Shown here piece by piece: positions 38,284 through 47,176 of a stretch of DNA of 64,000 nucleotides. A program made the translations under genes and the position numbers. This stretch comes from a virus. Below the pieces are notes generated by a model. It made no database searches and was not told the origin of the DNA. It worked only from the letters and a program-made list of their open reading frames with translations. Each line of letters opens with the position of its first letter. The first letter of the stretch is position 1. Location: positions 35,938 to 99,937 of the IMG/VR virus record IMGVR_UViG_3300033559_000303; one strand, written 5' to 3'.

Positions 38284-39642
38284 TTAAACAGGATAAACAA
38301 CTCTCAGTACATCTGTCGCAGCAAGTATTCCGTCTAAGTTTTTACCATTCCAGCTTAACCGGTACTCCGGTGTAGAGAAAACAATAGTATAATCATTTTC
38401 ATAATGCTGTGTTGTTCCACCAACTACATGAAGTACAACATGAGCATTATTCAATGGCTGCTGGGCAAGTGTTACATATTTATTTGTAATATCGGTAGCC
38501 GACAGTGTGAATTGTTCACTGATCATACCAGCTTCGGTAGAAAGTTGAGAAAGCACCCACCGCTTATTTGCTGCATCAGTATCATTAACTGGGTCAGCTA
38601 CATTGGTAATAGTTTCATCACTCGCACTGAATCCATCCGCCTCAAGTCTCCCTGGAACAGCAGTTGATACATCAATAGCACCAGCTGCAACCTTATCTGC
38701 AGTGGCTATCTGGTTAAGCTTATCATCACTGATGCTCCCAGCAAGCTTATCATTAGTTACACCCAAATCAGCTAGCTGATCAGTATTAATTCCACCATCA
38801 ACCACCTCGAGTTGTCCGGATACATTTTCACCAATTGTAGTCGAATCAACTTTGACGGCAACACCATTTGAATCAACATTTATAACTTTTGCTATAGTTG
38901 CACTGGCGCTTGTCGAGTCTGGTTTAACATTGATATTATTACCAACAGTAACTTCAAGACCATTCCCCTCATTAAAGCTCAACTCACGACCGGTGAGTGT
39001 CAACCCTGATCCGGCGGTTGTAGCCTCAAACTCCTTAGTCTCCCAGCTTGATCCACCAAAATAGAAAAGCTTATTTGCATCAGCAGGGGCAAGTGAGGAT
39101 GTGAACCACCCGATAACCGGTGTGGCGTATTCCCAGGTTGTACCGTTCCAGGTTGCAATGTCATCCTCGCGACCAATCCAGTCGCCTGTAGCTGTAGCGG
39201 TAATTAAATAGCGATCACCCACACTTGGAGTAAGTGGAGGGGTTGGAATCCTATTAATAACAGACTCCTGCCACGGGCCCCCCATCTCAGCTTCAGCAAT
39301 AGCCTCTTCCAGCGTGTGGAGATTAACCGCATCATTTGGATTTGTCGGATTAACCAGGTTTATAATCTTATTGGTGCCAAGATTAAGATTGCCAGTCATG
39401 GCAACTGAACCATCAGCCTTAACAAATGTTGATGCGAGCTTACTATCTGCCACATTGCCATCTGCAATCTTGTCAGTGGTAACAGCCGCTGTACCTATTT
39501 TTGATTCGGTAACAGCCCCTGTTCCTATCTTATTCTCAGTAACGGCACCGGTATTAATAGCAGCTTCAACAACGGCGTTGTCGATAATATGATTAGACCC
39601 TATCGAGTCATCTTCTATCCATTTTCCCTTGATCATTGACAT
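38284..39642 (-). CDS. fibre protein with DUF2793-like domain
   Basis: AVTExKI repeats; PPLTPSVGDRYLI..GDWIGREDDIATWNG..GW. Confidence 0.7.
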   Translation of the reverse strand: MSMIKGKWIEDDSIGSNHIIDNAVVEAAINTGAVTENKIGTGAVTESKIGTAAVTTDKIADGNVADSKLASTFVKADGSVAMTGNLNLGTNKIINLVNPTNPNDAVNLHTLEEAIAEAEMGGPWQESVINRIPTPPLTPSVGDRYLITATATGDWIGREDDIATWNGTTWEYATPVIGWFTSSLAPADANKLFYFGGSSWETKEFEATTAGSGLTLTGRELSFNEGNGLEVTVGNNINVKPDSTSASATIAKVINVDSNGVAVKVDSTTIGENVSGQLEVVDGGINTDQLADLGVTNDKLAGSISDDKLNQIATADKVAAGAIDVSTAVPGRLEADGFSASDETITNVADPVNDTDAANKRWVLSQLSTEAGMISEQFTLSATDITNKYVTLAQQPLNNAHVVLHVVGGTTQHYENDYTIVFSTPEYRLSWNGKNLDGILAATDVLRVVYPV

Positions 39643-39664
39643 AGGTATTTCCTTTTATATCGTT

Positions 39665-39895
39665 TTAATAAAAATACTTAAAAACAACGCTCTCGCCAAC
39701 CTCAAAAGATGGATATTGAGAAGTATAATTAACATTTCTACCCTGGACAATATAATCTCTGCCATTTACCAGTTCTACACCACCATCTGCCACAACCATT
39801 TCAACCTTATTTTCGTAAATTGGCATATTTTCAAGCACAAATAAAACTTGATTGTCTTGTGATACTATATGTCTTTCGGTTTTAATCATAATCAA
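39665..39895 (-). CDS. small virion protein similar to the C-terminus of the upstream gene
   Basis: ADGGVELVxGRD...GExVxFKY shared with 39892-41955. Confidence 0.7.
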   Translation of the reverse strand: MIMIKTERHIVSQDNQVLFVLENMPIYENKVEMVVADGGVELVNGRDYIVQGRNVNYTSQYPSFEVGESVVFKYFY

Positions 39896-41955
39896 TAATA
39901 ATATTTAAAAAGTACAACTTCACCAGAACTCAATTCAGGTACACCCATAAGATATGTTACGACATTCCCCGAAACAGAAAAATCCCTACCATAAACCAGC
40001 TCAACACCACCATCAGCGATAATCATTGAGGTATATTGTGGATATATTGGCACAAAGTCAAGGGTAAATACAGTCTGACCATTAGATATTACTGTCTTTG
40101 GTTCATATTGATATACCCCATTATCATTTTGGGGGATACTTACAACGGATACAGTATGGTTCTCAAGAACGTTTGTAAAGTGATACTGTGATAAGTTGCC
40201 AAGGTCCACACCATCAACAATGATGGCACTGATTTGATAACCGTATACCGATGAGAATGTTAAAGTGGTACCCCCACCCTCACTTACCTCAATATCACCT
40301 GCTGGAACAACTATTGACTGTATATCTGTTGACACAAATATTGTATATATAGGGACAACCTCAAATTGCACCTCAATTGTACCGTCAGCAGATACATCAG
40401 TAAAAGTAAATGACTGTACAGATCCAATTGACACATTATTGACAAGCACATCTGACACTCTATAGCCAAGGCTTGGTGTTATAGTAAATGTAGCGTCACT
40501 ACCCTCTGAGACACTCGCATCACCATCCGGGGATATCACTCCGCCAACACCGGCTGTTGCTGTTATTGTGTACCCATATAAAGCTCTTGATACAGCTTCA
40601 ATAGCGTGGTTTGCATCAACATTTAAGAATTCATATGTATCAACAATACCAATAGACACACCATCAACAAGTACATCTGAAATAGCATAACCAACACCGG
40701 CTGCTATATGGAACATTAAAGACCCACCACTCATAACACTGACTGGCCCAGATGGAGATATCAGTGATCCAAAATCTGTGGTAACATTGATAGTAAATAC
40801 ATCAACCACTTCAGTTTCAATATATACCACATGATTGCCTGTTATATTCTCAAATGTATATGAGCTTATCTCACCCTGGTCAACACCGTCTATTATAACA
40901 TTTGACACTTTAAATCCGAAATCGGCTTCAAAATCAACTGTTCGGTCATACCCTGATGGAATAGTTATTACACCATTCGGTATAACAGCATGTCCATCAC
41001 CGGTTATAGATATTGTATACTTATCCCCGAAGCTGATGACAAATTTATAAATATCAGGGATTGGCAGCTGGATCTTATCATTATTGATGATGTACCTGCA
41101 GACATATGGATTTACATCGGATAGGGTATCTGGATTTATATCGTAAATAATATCATCACTTATAAGCTCTGTCATTCTGAATATCTGGCTCATAATCCCC
41201 ATTTCACCAGATTTCTGATCTTCATAAGTCGATAGTTGTGATAGCTTGGTATTACTTACAGGGCTGGATACAATGTATCTCTTTCCCCGATCCATATCTA
41301 TAATGACATCTTTTGGTTTAATTACCGGGAAGTGAGTTGTCCGGCCTTCAAACTGTTTGTTATAGATATTCTCCCCGGAGCTTTCCGGTTCATTTGATTG
41401 ATTGACATGATTAATGGCAATCTGGATCTCGATCGGAGAATAATACCCACCCACAAAAGATGTCCCATAACAAGTATCACAGTGATGAAACCTAACCTGC
41501 TTTGTCTGATTATCCCAGCACTTAGGACACCTGTGTGCGCGCTCGTTCAGAACTCTTCTTAACAATAAGCATGGTGTTCCAATATACAGGTTATTAAGCA
41601 GCCCCTCATAATACTGGATAGTTTCATGAATACCGTCAGTGGCAATTCCGAGATATGCAAGCGGTGATTGGTAATAAATAAGACCTGTAACCCTCTCAAA
41701 TGCGCCGATCTTGTAGTAGCGCACGCGATTCATATTGTATTCACGATATGAATCAATAAAGGTGATTCTGCCACCTACAACATTATTACCGTCAACATCG
41801 CCAATGATTTTGTAATTCTGATCTTCATCATGGTAGCTGACCATGATTTTGTAAATATAACCGGAAGCCACTTCTCCAGGATCAAGCTGCAGGTCAGCTT
41901 TGATGACAAAGTTGCCTCTTCTATCCCTGTTGATATCGAAATGGTTAATCAGCAT
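39892..41955 (-). CDS. neck/head-closure-like protein with bacterial Ig-like (InlB-B-type) repeats
   Basis: CPKC..CDTCYGT..GGY zinc motif; four GYxxSDVLVDGVS..YxFxNVxxNH repeats. Confidence 0.65.
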   Translation of the reverse strand: MLINHFDINRDRRGNFVIKADLQLDPGEVASGYIYKIMVSYHDEDQNYKIIGDVDGNNVVGGRITFIDSYREYNMNRVRYYKIGAFERVTGLIYYQSPLAYLGIATDGIHETIQYYEGLLNNLYIGTPCLLLRRVLNERAHRCPKCWDNQTKQVRFHHCDTCYGTSFVGGYYSPIEIQIAINHVNQSNEPESSGENIYNKQFEGRTTHFPVIKPKDVIIDMDRGKRYIVSSPVSNTKLSQLSTYEDQKSGEMGIMSQIFRMTELISDDIIYDINPDTLSDVNPYVCRYIINNDKIQLPIPDIYKFVISFGDKYTISITGDGHAVIPNGVITIPSGYDRTVDFEADFGFKVSNVIIDGVDQGEISSYTFENITGNHVVYIETEVVDVFTINVTTDFGSLISPSGPVSVMSGGSLMFHIAAGVGYAISDVLVDGVSIGIVDTYEFLNVDANHAIEAVSRALYGYTITATAGVGGVISPDGDASVSEGSDATFTITPSLGYRVSDVLVNNVSIGSVQSFTFTDVSADGTIEVQFEVVPIYTIFVSTDIQSIVVPAGDIEVSEGGGTTLTFSSVYGYQISAIIVDGVDLGNLSQYHFTNVLENHTVSVVSIPQNDNGVYQYEPKTVISNGQTVFTLDFVPIYPQYTSMIIADGGVELVYGRDFSVSGNVVTYLMGVPELSSGEVVLFKYYY

Positions 41956-42032
41956 TTTTTACCTTTTACATTTTAAAAAAGGCCTGCCGGAATTATGACA
42001 GCAGGCCTTCATGTCTTATCAGAAAAGTACAA

Positions 42033-42578
42033 TTAATTGATAGGTGCAATATTATTTGCAATCACTTCTTCACCACCAGCCATAGGTTGCTGTTGAGGTG
42101 TTGCCTGCTGCGCTGGAGGCTCCGCATACATACCAGCCTGATCAGGGGCTTCAGCGTAGCCATGCTGGGTATCCATCATTGCTTCAGCGCGGCGCATCAT
42201 AGCCTCAATCACTTTTCCAGCAATACTACCAGCCGTCTCAGAAATAAGCCGCTCTGTCTCCGGGTTAATTGCTCCGGAAGCAGCAGCTTCACTGATAAAC
42301 TTAGAAGCCGCAGAAACAGCCATGTCGATCCCAAACTCTTCAGGTGACGGTTGATACATAGGCTCCTCATAAACCTCGCCATCAGCCGGGACTGCAGCCA
42401 TGTTTGCATTGGGGTCAACCGGCACCGGAGCCTGAGCTGGGGCAGGAGCCTGCTGGGCCTGAGCTGGTGCAACATCTGATGCGGCAGCAGTATCGGGAGC
42501 CTCATTGAACCCAGCTTCTGCTGCAGTTTTAATTATTTCGTACTTAATCTTTGATAAAATGCTCATACAACCCTCCAA
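42033..42578 (-). CDS. acidic Ala/Pro-rich protein with KTA leader
   Basis: MSILSKIKYEIIKTAA. Confidence 0.65.
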   Translation of the reverse strand: MEGCMSILSKIKYEIIKTAAEAGFNEAPDTAAASDVAPAQAQQAPAPAQAPVPVDPNANMAAVPADGEVYEEPMYQPSPEEFGIDMAVSAASKFISEAAASGAINPETERLISETAGSIAGKVIEAMMRRAEAMMDTQHGYAEAPDQAGMYAEPPAQQATPQQQPMAGGEEVIANNIAPIN

Positions 42579-43049
42579 TTAAAGAATCTGATTTTTAAGG
42601 TAACCCTCTTCAAGCAATGCATATGGAGAATGAACAAGACCATATGCAGCTTCGAGGTTTTTAGCTATTTTCCATTGCGCAAAAGCCTGAAGCATTTGTG
42701 CATTATTTCTTATGAGAGCATTAATGGAATTGACGTATTTATCACCGCGTGGAACACGGACTACAACTCCCCCATTATTATACTCAAGCTCATTTCTTGC
42801 GCTGACAATACCGTTTGATATCAAGCATTCGATTGTAGCCTGGTTGATGATCAATGCTGGAAATGGGAAAGCATCAAAATCCCATGTCTTAATAATAGGG
42901 GATATGAAATTAACCTGACCCAGAGCCATTTTGAGATACATATCAAGATCTGCATCTTCATTTTCTTCCTTGAAATTAAGAAGCCTATTTAAACCTTCGT
43001 AATCCTTCAGGTAATTTCTAAGAATGTCTCTGTATTCAGTTAATGTCAT
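42579..43049 (-). CDS. head-tail adaptor-like protein
   Basis: helical 156-aa protein downstream of the capsid genes. Confidence 0.5.
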   Translation of the reverse strand: MTLTEYRDILRNYLKDYEGLNRLLNFKEENEDADLDMYLKMALGQVNFISPIIKTWDFDAFPFPALIINQATIECLISNGIVSARNELEYNNGGVVVRVPRGDKYVNSINALIRNNAQMLQAFAQWKIAKNLEAAYGLVHSPYALLEEGYLKNQIL

Positions 43050-43417
43050 GATCTTTTCCTGCGTCTACCCTTCTTGCTAATACCAGGCTGCACTTCGACA
43101 GCATCGGTGGCTAAATCATCAATATTATTGTCTGAGTCATCACCACCTGTTTCATCTGTGATTGAACAGTCGCTGATAATCGCTTCTGATTCTGAAATTG
43201 GATCATCAACAATTATAGGTGTTACCGTGTTAGGGTTAGCAACTTCAGCGGCAACCATATTTGATGTACCCTTTAGAAAGGGTGCCTTTGCAAGAAGTGC
43301 CGCGACACACTCAGTTTTGATATCTTTAGGAAAGCCGGGTTTGAAATGAACCCGACCCATACCCTTCAGCTGAACCCTGTAATGCCGATCGCTGACAAGT
43401 TTAGCTGTTAGACTCAT
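43046..43417 (-). CDS. hypothetical protein
   Basis: acidic middle, basic tail, overlapping start/stop. Confidence 0.6.
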   Translation of the reverse strand: MSLTAKLVSDRHYRVQLKGMGRVHFKPGFPKDIKTECVAALLAKAPFLKGTSNMVAAEVANPNTVTPIIVDDPISESEAIISDCSITDETGGDDSDNNIDDLATDAVEVQPGISKKGRRRKRS

Positions 43418-43935
43418 TACTCAGCCTTCTTTCCTTTTCCACGTCTTGTTTTTCTGACTGCAATTTCATCACCATTTGCGACACCTTCTGTATCAACAGT
43501 ATCACCAGCAATGGCCTCTTCAGTTTCTACAGGGATCTCAGTCAACTCTATGAGTTCATCCGATCCAGTTTCCGCTGCCGTCTCACTTCCCTCCTGGCTT
43601 CCCTCTCCGGACGCGTCTCCCGCACCCGCTCCGCTATCGACTGTATCAAGCTCACTGCCAGCTTTGTTATCTGAACTGCTGTCTGTATTTTTATCTGGGC
43701 CTGCTGCGGGTTGCTCTTCAGGTTTTCTATCGACTCGTTTATTTTGCTCATTTGATACCACCTTTGATTGTTCTGCATACTCTGTAGCTGACGAGCGCTC
43801 CATCATGAGAATTGCCCTTCCACTTCGAGATTCGTCATTTTTCGACAAAAAGACAATCTGGCCAGGGTTGACACGTTTTTTAAATGCACCCTGAATCACA
43901 TTGATTGACTTTGAACTTGTGTTCTTGTAATACAT
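43417..43935 (-). CDS. hypothetical protein
   Basis: GAGGAG RBS, acidic low-complexity region, basic tail. Confidence 0.65.
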   Translation of the reverse strand: MYYKNTSSKSINVIQGAFKKRVNPGQIVFLSKNDESRSGRAILMMERSSATEYAEQSKVVSNEQNKRVDRKPEEQPAAGPDKNTDSSSDNKAGSELDTVDSGAGAGDASGEGSQEGSETAAETGSDELIELTEIPVETEEAIAGDTVDTEGVANGDEIAVRKTRRGKGKKAE

Positions 43936-44000
43936 ACATACTCCTCATGGTTTTAATTTCATACGTTATTAAAATAATATAAGACAGATACTGCTACAAG

Positions 44001-44034
44001 AAAAAAAGGCCGATACCGAAGTATCGACCTTTTT
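44001..44034 (-). terminator. terminator after the major capsid gene
   Basis: AGGTCGATAC-TTCG-GTATCGGCCT plus T run on the - strand. Confidence 0.8.
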
Positions 44035-44056
44035 ATAATAAATCCCTAATAGGAAC

Positions 44057-45100
44057 TTAGCTGCGTTTTCCTGCAGTTGCAAGACGGATTCCAGCATAGT
44101 AGTTAGAGATATCTGACGGAAGAGTTCCAGTTGTGGTAACAGTAAGAGCTGTCCCATCAACAGGGGATTTTGATCCGTACAGTGCAAGGAGTGCAACTGA
44201 CAGAGCGTTTCCAATACCCATACCGACAGACTCGCGAGCCTGCCATTCGATCAGGTTGAACTCTTTCTTGATTTCGAAAGTAGGTTCACCGAGAGCGAAG
44301 TTGTGGCCAAGGAAGTCAGGAGTAGTAAAACCCCAAATATGACCGATCGGAAGGACATTTGATTTGATCGTGGTGATAATCTTGGTTCCGTAAAGAACTT
44401 CAGACTGAATACCATTGTAAACACGATCTTTACCGAAGTCATCACCAGCATTGGGGAGTCCAACGGCAGTGTTGTAGGTCTCTTCGGTCATCAGCATGCA
44501 TCCGATTTCTTTTCTCTTGGAATCAGAAGCGTTAACACCAGAAGCAATAGTGTTCTTCATGTTAACAAAGTCATCCTGATCAAGATAACCCTTGGAAGTG
44601 TTGGTTCCTTTGACAATCTTCTTACCAGTAGACGAAAGGCTATTGGTAGTAAGAGCAGCGCCAGCAAGGCGAAGGAACAGACGGTCTTCAAGTTCTTCAA
44701 GAACCGGGACGGTTTTGTCTTCGATACGCTTGGTTACTTTGTAACGGTACGCGCGAAGGTCTTCGACGGTGATCTGAAAACGCTTGGTTGAGAAATTGAT
44801 GATAGGAATGATGTACCGGCTACCTTTTACATAGCTTCCATCAGGCTCACCAACATTGTCAACCGAAACAGCTTCAGCATCAGCCTCAATATCTCTGATA
44901 AGATAGAGAGAGTCGTCGTTTGTGTTAACCTGGCAATCAGCCGAGGTTACAGGCTCCTGAGGAATAATAGCGCGGGAAAACGCTGATTCCTGGAGTTCTG
45001 TTTTCAGAAAGTTTCTTCCTGCATCCTGCACAGCTTCAGCATTCTTCTCAAGAGTATTGATGAATGCTTCATTGTGTTCGATAATAGAAAGGTCGTTCAT
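44057..45100 (-). CDS. major capsid protein (HK97-fold)
   Basis: 347 aa, own terminator, biased codons, position after protease and scaffold genes, N-terminal EKNA. Confidence 0.75.
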   Translation of the reverse strand: MNDLSIIEHNEAFINTLEKNAEAVQDAGRNFLKTELQESAFSRAIIPQEPVTSADCQVNTNDDSLYLIRDIEADAEAVSVDNVGEPDGSYVKGSRYIIPIINFSTKRFQITVEDLRAYRYKVTKRIEDKTVPVLEELEDRLFLRLAGAALTTNSLSSTGKKIVKGTNTSKGYLDQDDFVNMKNTIASGVNASDSKRKEIGCMLMTEETYNTAVGLPNAGDDFGKDRVYNGIQSEVLYGTKIITTIKSNVLPIGHIWGFTTPDFLGHNFALGEPTFEIKKEFNLIEWQARESVGMGIGNALSVALLALYGSKSPVDGTALTVTTTGTLPSDISNYYAGIRLATAGKRS

Positions 45101-45196
45101 TTGAAACCCCTTTTTAAAATTTTTAATAATTCAATCCGGAACACCCGGAATACTTAATAATTAAAATACATTAATAACACGGTAAGTGCAAGAAAT

Positions 45197-45223
45197 AAAA
45201 AAGAGGCAACCGAAGTTGCCTCT
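45197..45223 (-). terminator. terminator
   Basis: AGAGGCAAC-TTCG-GTTGCCTCT plus T run on the - strand. Confidence 0.8.
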
Positions 45224-45248
45224 AATTTACTACCACAATTAGTCCTGA

Positions 45249-45746
45249 TTACGGAGCAACAGTGACAGTGTACGGTGAAAGCAGCTGAACCTGTTTGGTT
45301 TCATCGGCAGCAGCGCCTTTAACGCATTTTGCAACAACCTGATAAGTACCAGCGGTAGCAGGGACTTTGATCAGCTTACCAAGATCACTGAGTGCAGGGT
45401 CAGCGTTATAGGTTGAACCGACAATCAGAACATCACCTTCTGCTGCAGTGCCAGCACCAACAAGGATGCCATCACTGTCAACAGTGAGCTCAGCGCCAAA
45501 ACCGTCGATTACAGAGATTGTTCCTGCAGGTGCAGTGTCATGCGCTTCGTAGATGCTTCCATCACCAGCAACGCGGCTGATGACAAGTTTCAGGTTTGCA
45601 GTTGAAAGATCATCGGTGTCTTCGATAGCCTGAGCTTCGCCGGCAACAACTTTAACCCACTGACCGGTCTTTACGCCGGTAAAATCATAGTCCACATCGT
45701 ATGTACGGCGGAACAGTTTGCTGTAAGGGGTATGCACAGTAAGCAT
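45249..45746 (-). CDS. capsid decoration/cement-like protein
   Basis: 165-aa beta-rich protein directly upstream of the capsid gene. Confidence 0.55.
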   Translation of the reverse strand: MLTVHTPYSKLFRRTYDVDYDFTGVKTGQWVKVVAGEAQAIEDTDDLSTANLKLVISRVAGDGSIYEAHDTAPAGTISVIDGFGAELTVDSDGILVGAGTAAEGDVLIVGSTYNADPALSDLGKLIKVPATAGTYQVVAKCVKGAAADETKQVQLLSPYTVTVAP

Positions 45747-45755
45747 AATAAACTC

Positions 45756-46214
45756 CTATTGATTGATATTAAGAACGTCATCGAACATGTTTTTTACCCG
45801 GATCCTACCGGACAAAGGCTCAGCATCACCTTCAAAGTGATTTGAACCACCATTCATTCCAGAGGCAAGTTTAACTGCCTCTTCAAAAATACGCAGCTCA
45901 TCAGGAGTTTTACTCAAGAGTTCTGCAGTCTTCTTTCCAAACTCACCGCCATCGACTAATCCTTTCTGATCCATATCTTCAATGATCAGTCTGATCTTAG
46001 CTTGTTTTTCAAGATTGCCATTCAGCTCAGATAACCGCCTAATGGTGACAGCGGCTATCTTCAGCAGGTTGTTGACTTTATTATCAATACCTGCTGAAGC
46101 AACTTTTTCCAGCGAATTAATAACAGCATCAGCGGAGTATGACTGAGTATGAGAAGCAACCTTCTCATACTCGCCATTCACGAGATCGTTAATAATATGC
46201 TGAATAGGCAGCAT
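45756..46214 (-). CDS. scaffold/prohead core-like protein
   Basis: repeated EKVA, KIA, EKQA, KTA and KLA motifs. Confidence 0.55.
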   Translation of the reverse strand: MLPIQHIINDLVNGEYEKVASHTQSYSADAVINSLEKVASAGIDNKVNNLLKIAAVTIRRLSELNGNLEKQAKIRLIIEDMDQKGLVDGGEFGKKTAELLSKTPDELRIFEEAVKLASGMNGGSNHFEGDAEPLSGRIRVKNMFDDVLNINQ

Positions 46215-46216
46215 GA

Positions 46217-47089
46217 TTAAACAAGTCCATGCTGAGCAAGAACTGCAATCGCATTTCTTACTTCAGGGATTGAGCTTGCCTGTTTTACAAGAGCCTCTTC
46301 TGCAGCCTGTGCATCAGCAGCCTGTTTTTCAATAGCCTGCTGTTCAGCGGTCTGACGAACAAACTCACGAGCATCCTGGCGAGCCTGCTCTTCAACGGCG
46401 GAAGCAGTCTTCTGGATTTCAACATACTCAGCGGCAGCGCTGATAATGTCTTCATGAGAAAGGGCCTGGCTGTTTGCGATTTTGGTAAGGCCAGATACAT
46501 CTGCAGATGCAGTTTTTTCTATACCGCCATCCTGGATGTTGTAACCATCAAGCAATCCAGCAGTCTTCAGGATTTCAAGGGCTTCAGAGTACTCACGACG
46601 CTGAGCAACTTTTTCAAGATGATCGATAATTGAATTGGCGATGACTGCTCCAACATATGAAGCCTCTTTAACCTGCTCTTCAGTCATACCCATCTCTTCA
46701 CCCATGGCTTCCATACCATCAGTTCCAGCTTTAGGCATAACATCAGTGGGAATGCCGGTACCCTTTGTGGTGGTGTCACCACTATCAACGACTGCAGCCG
46801 GCATTTCGCCTTCAAGCATAGCCGGAATGCTGCCACCTGCTACCGCAACAGCGGGAAGGATAACAGCGTCAGTTGCGGACATTACAGCTTCGCCAGAACC
46901 GTCAACGGTAGGCATGCTGGAAAGCGGAACTTCGCTGATATGGTTTTCTGCAGACGGAAGGCCTGCTGACTCTCCAAGGATCTCTTCAGCAAGCTTGTTG
47001 ATAAAGTCATCCCCGGTTGTTCTCGACGCAATCTTTGTGTGCCCCTGTGACAGCACAGTATCAAGATGCTTGTCAAAACTTGTTTTCAT
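46217..47089 (-). CDS. scaffold-like protein
   Basis: acidic, coiled-coil C-terminus, many KxA motifs. Confidence 0.55.
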   Translation of the reverse strand: MKTSFDKHLDTVLSQGHTKIASRTTGDDFINKLAEEILGESAGLPSAENHISEVPLSSMPTVDGSGEAVMSATDAVILPAVAVAGGSIPAMLEGEMPAAVVDSGDTTTKGTGIPTDVMPKAGTDGMEAMGEEMGMTEEQVKEASYVGAVIANSIIDHLEKVAQRREYSEALEILKTAGLLDGYNIQDGGIEKTASADVSGLTKIANSQALSHEDIISAAAEYVEIQKTASAVEEQARQDAREFVRQTAEQQAIEKQAADAQAAEEALVKQASSIPEVRNAIAVLAQHGLV

Positions 47090-47176
47090 AAAAACTCCTA
47101 TTCATTTTGTGACACGCCGACATGGCGCTTGCCATTACTGTTTTAAAATAGCATCTGCGTATTAAATGTGCAAACA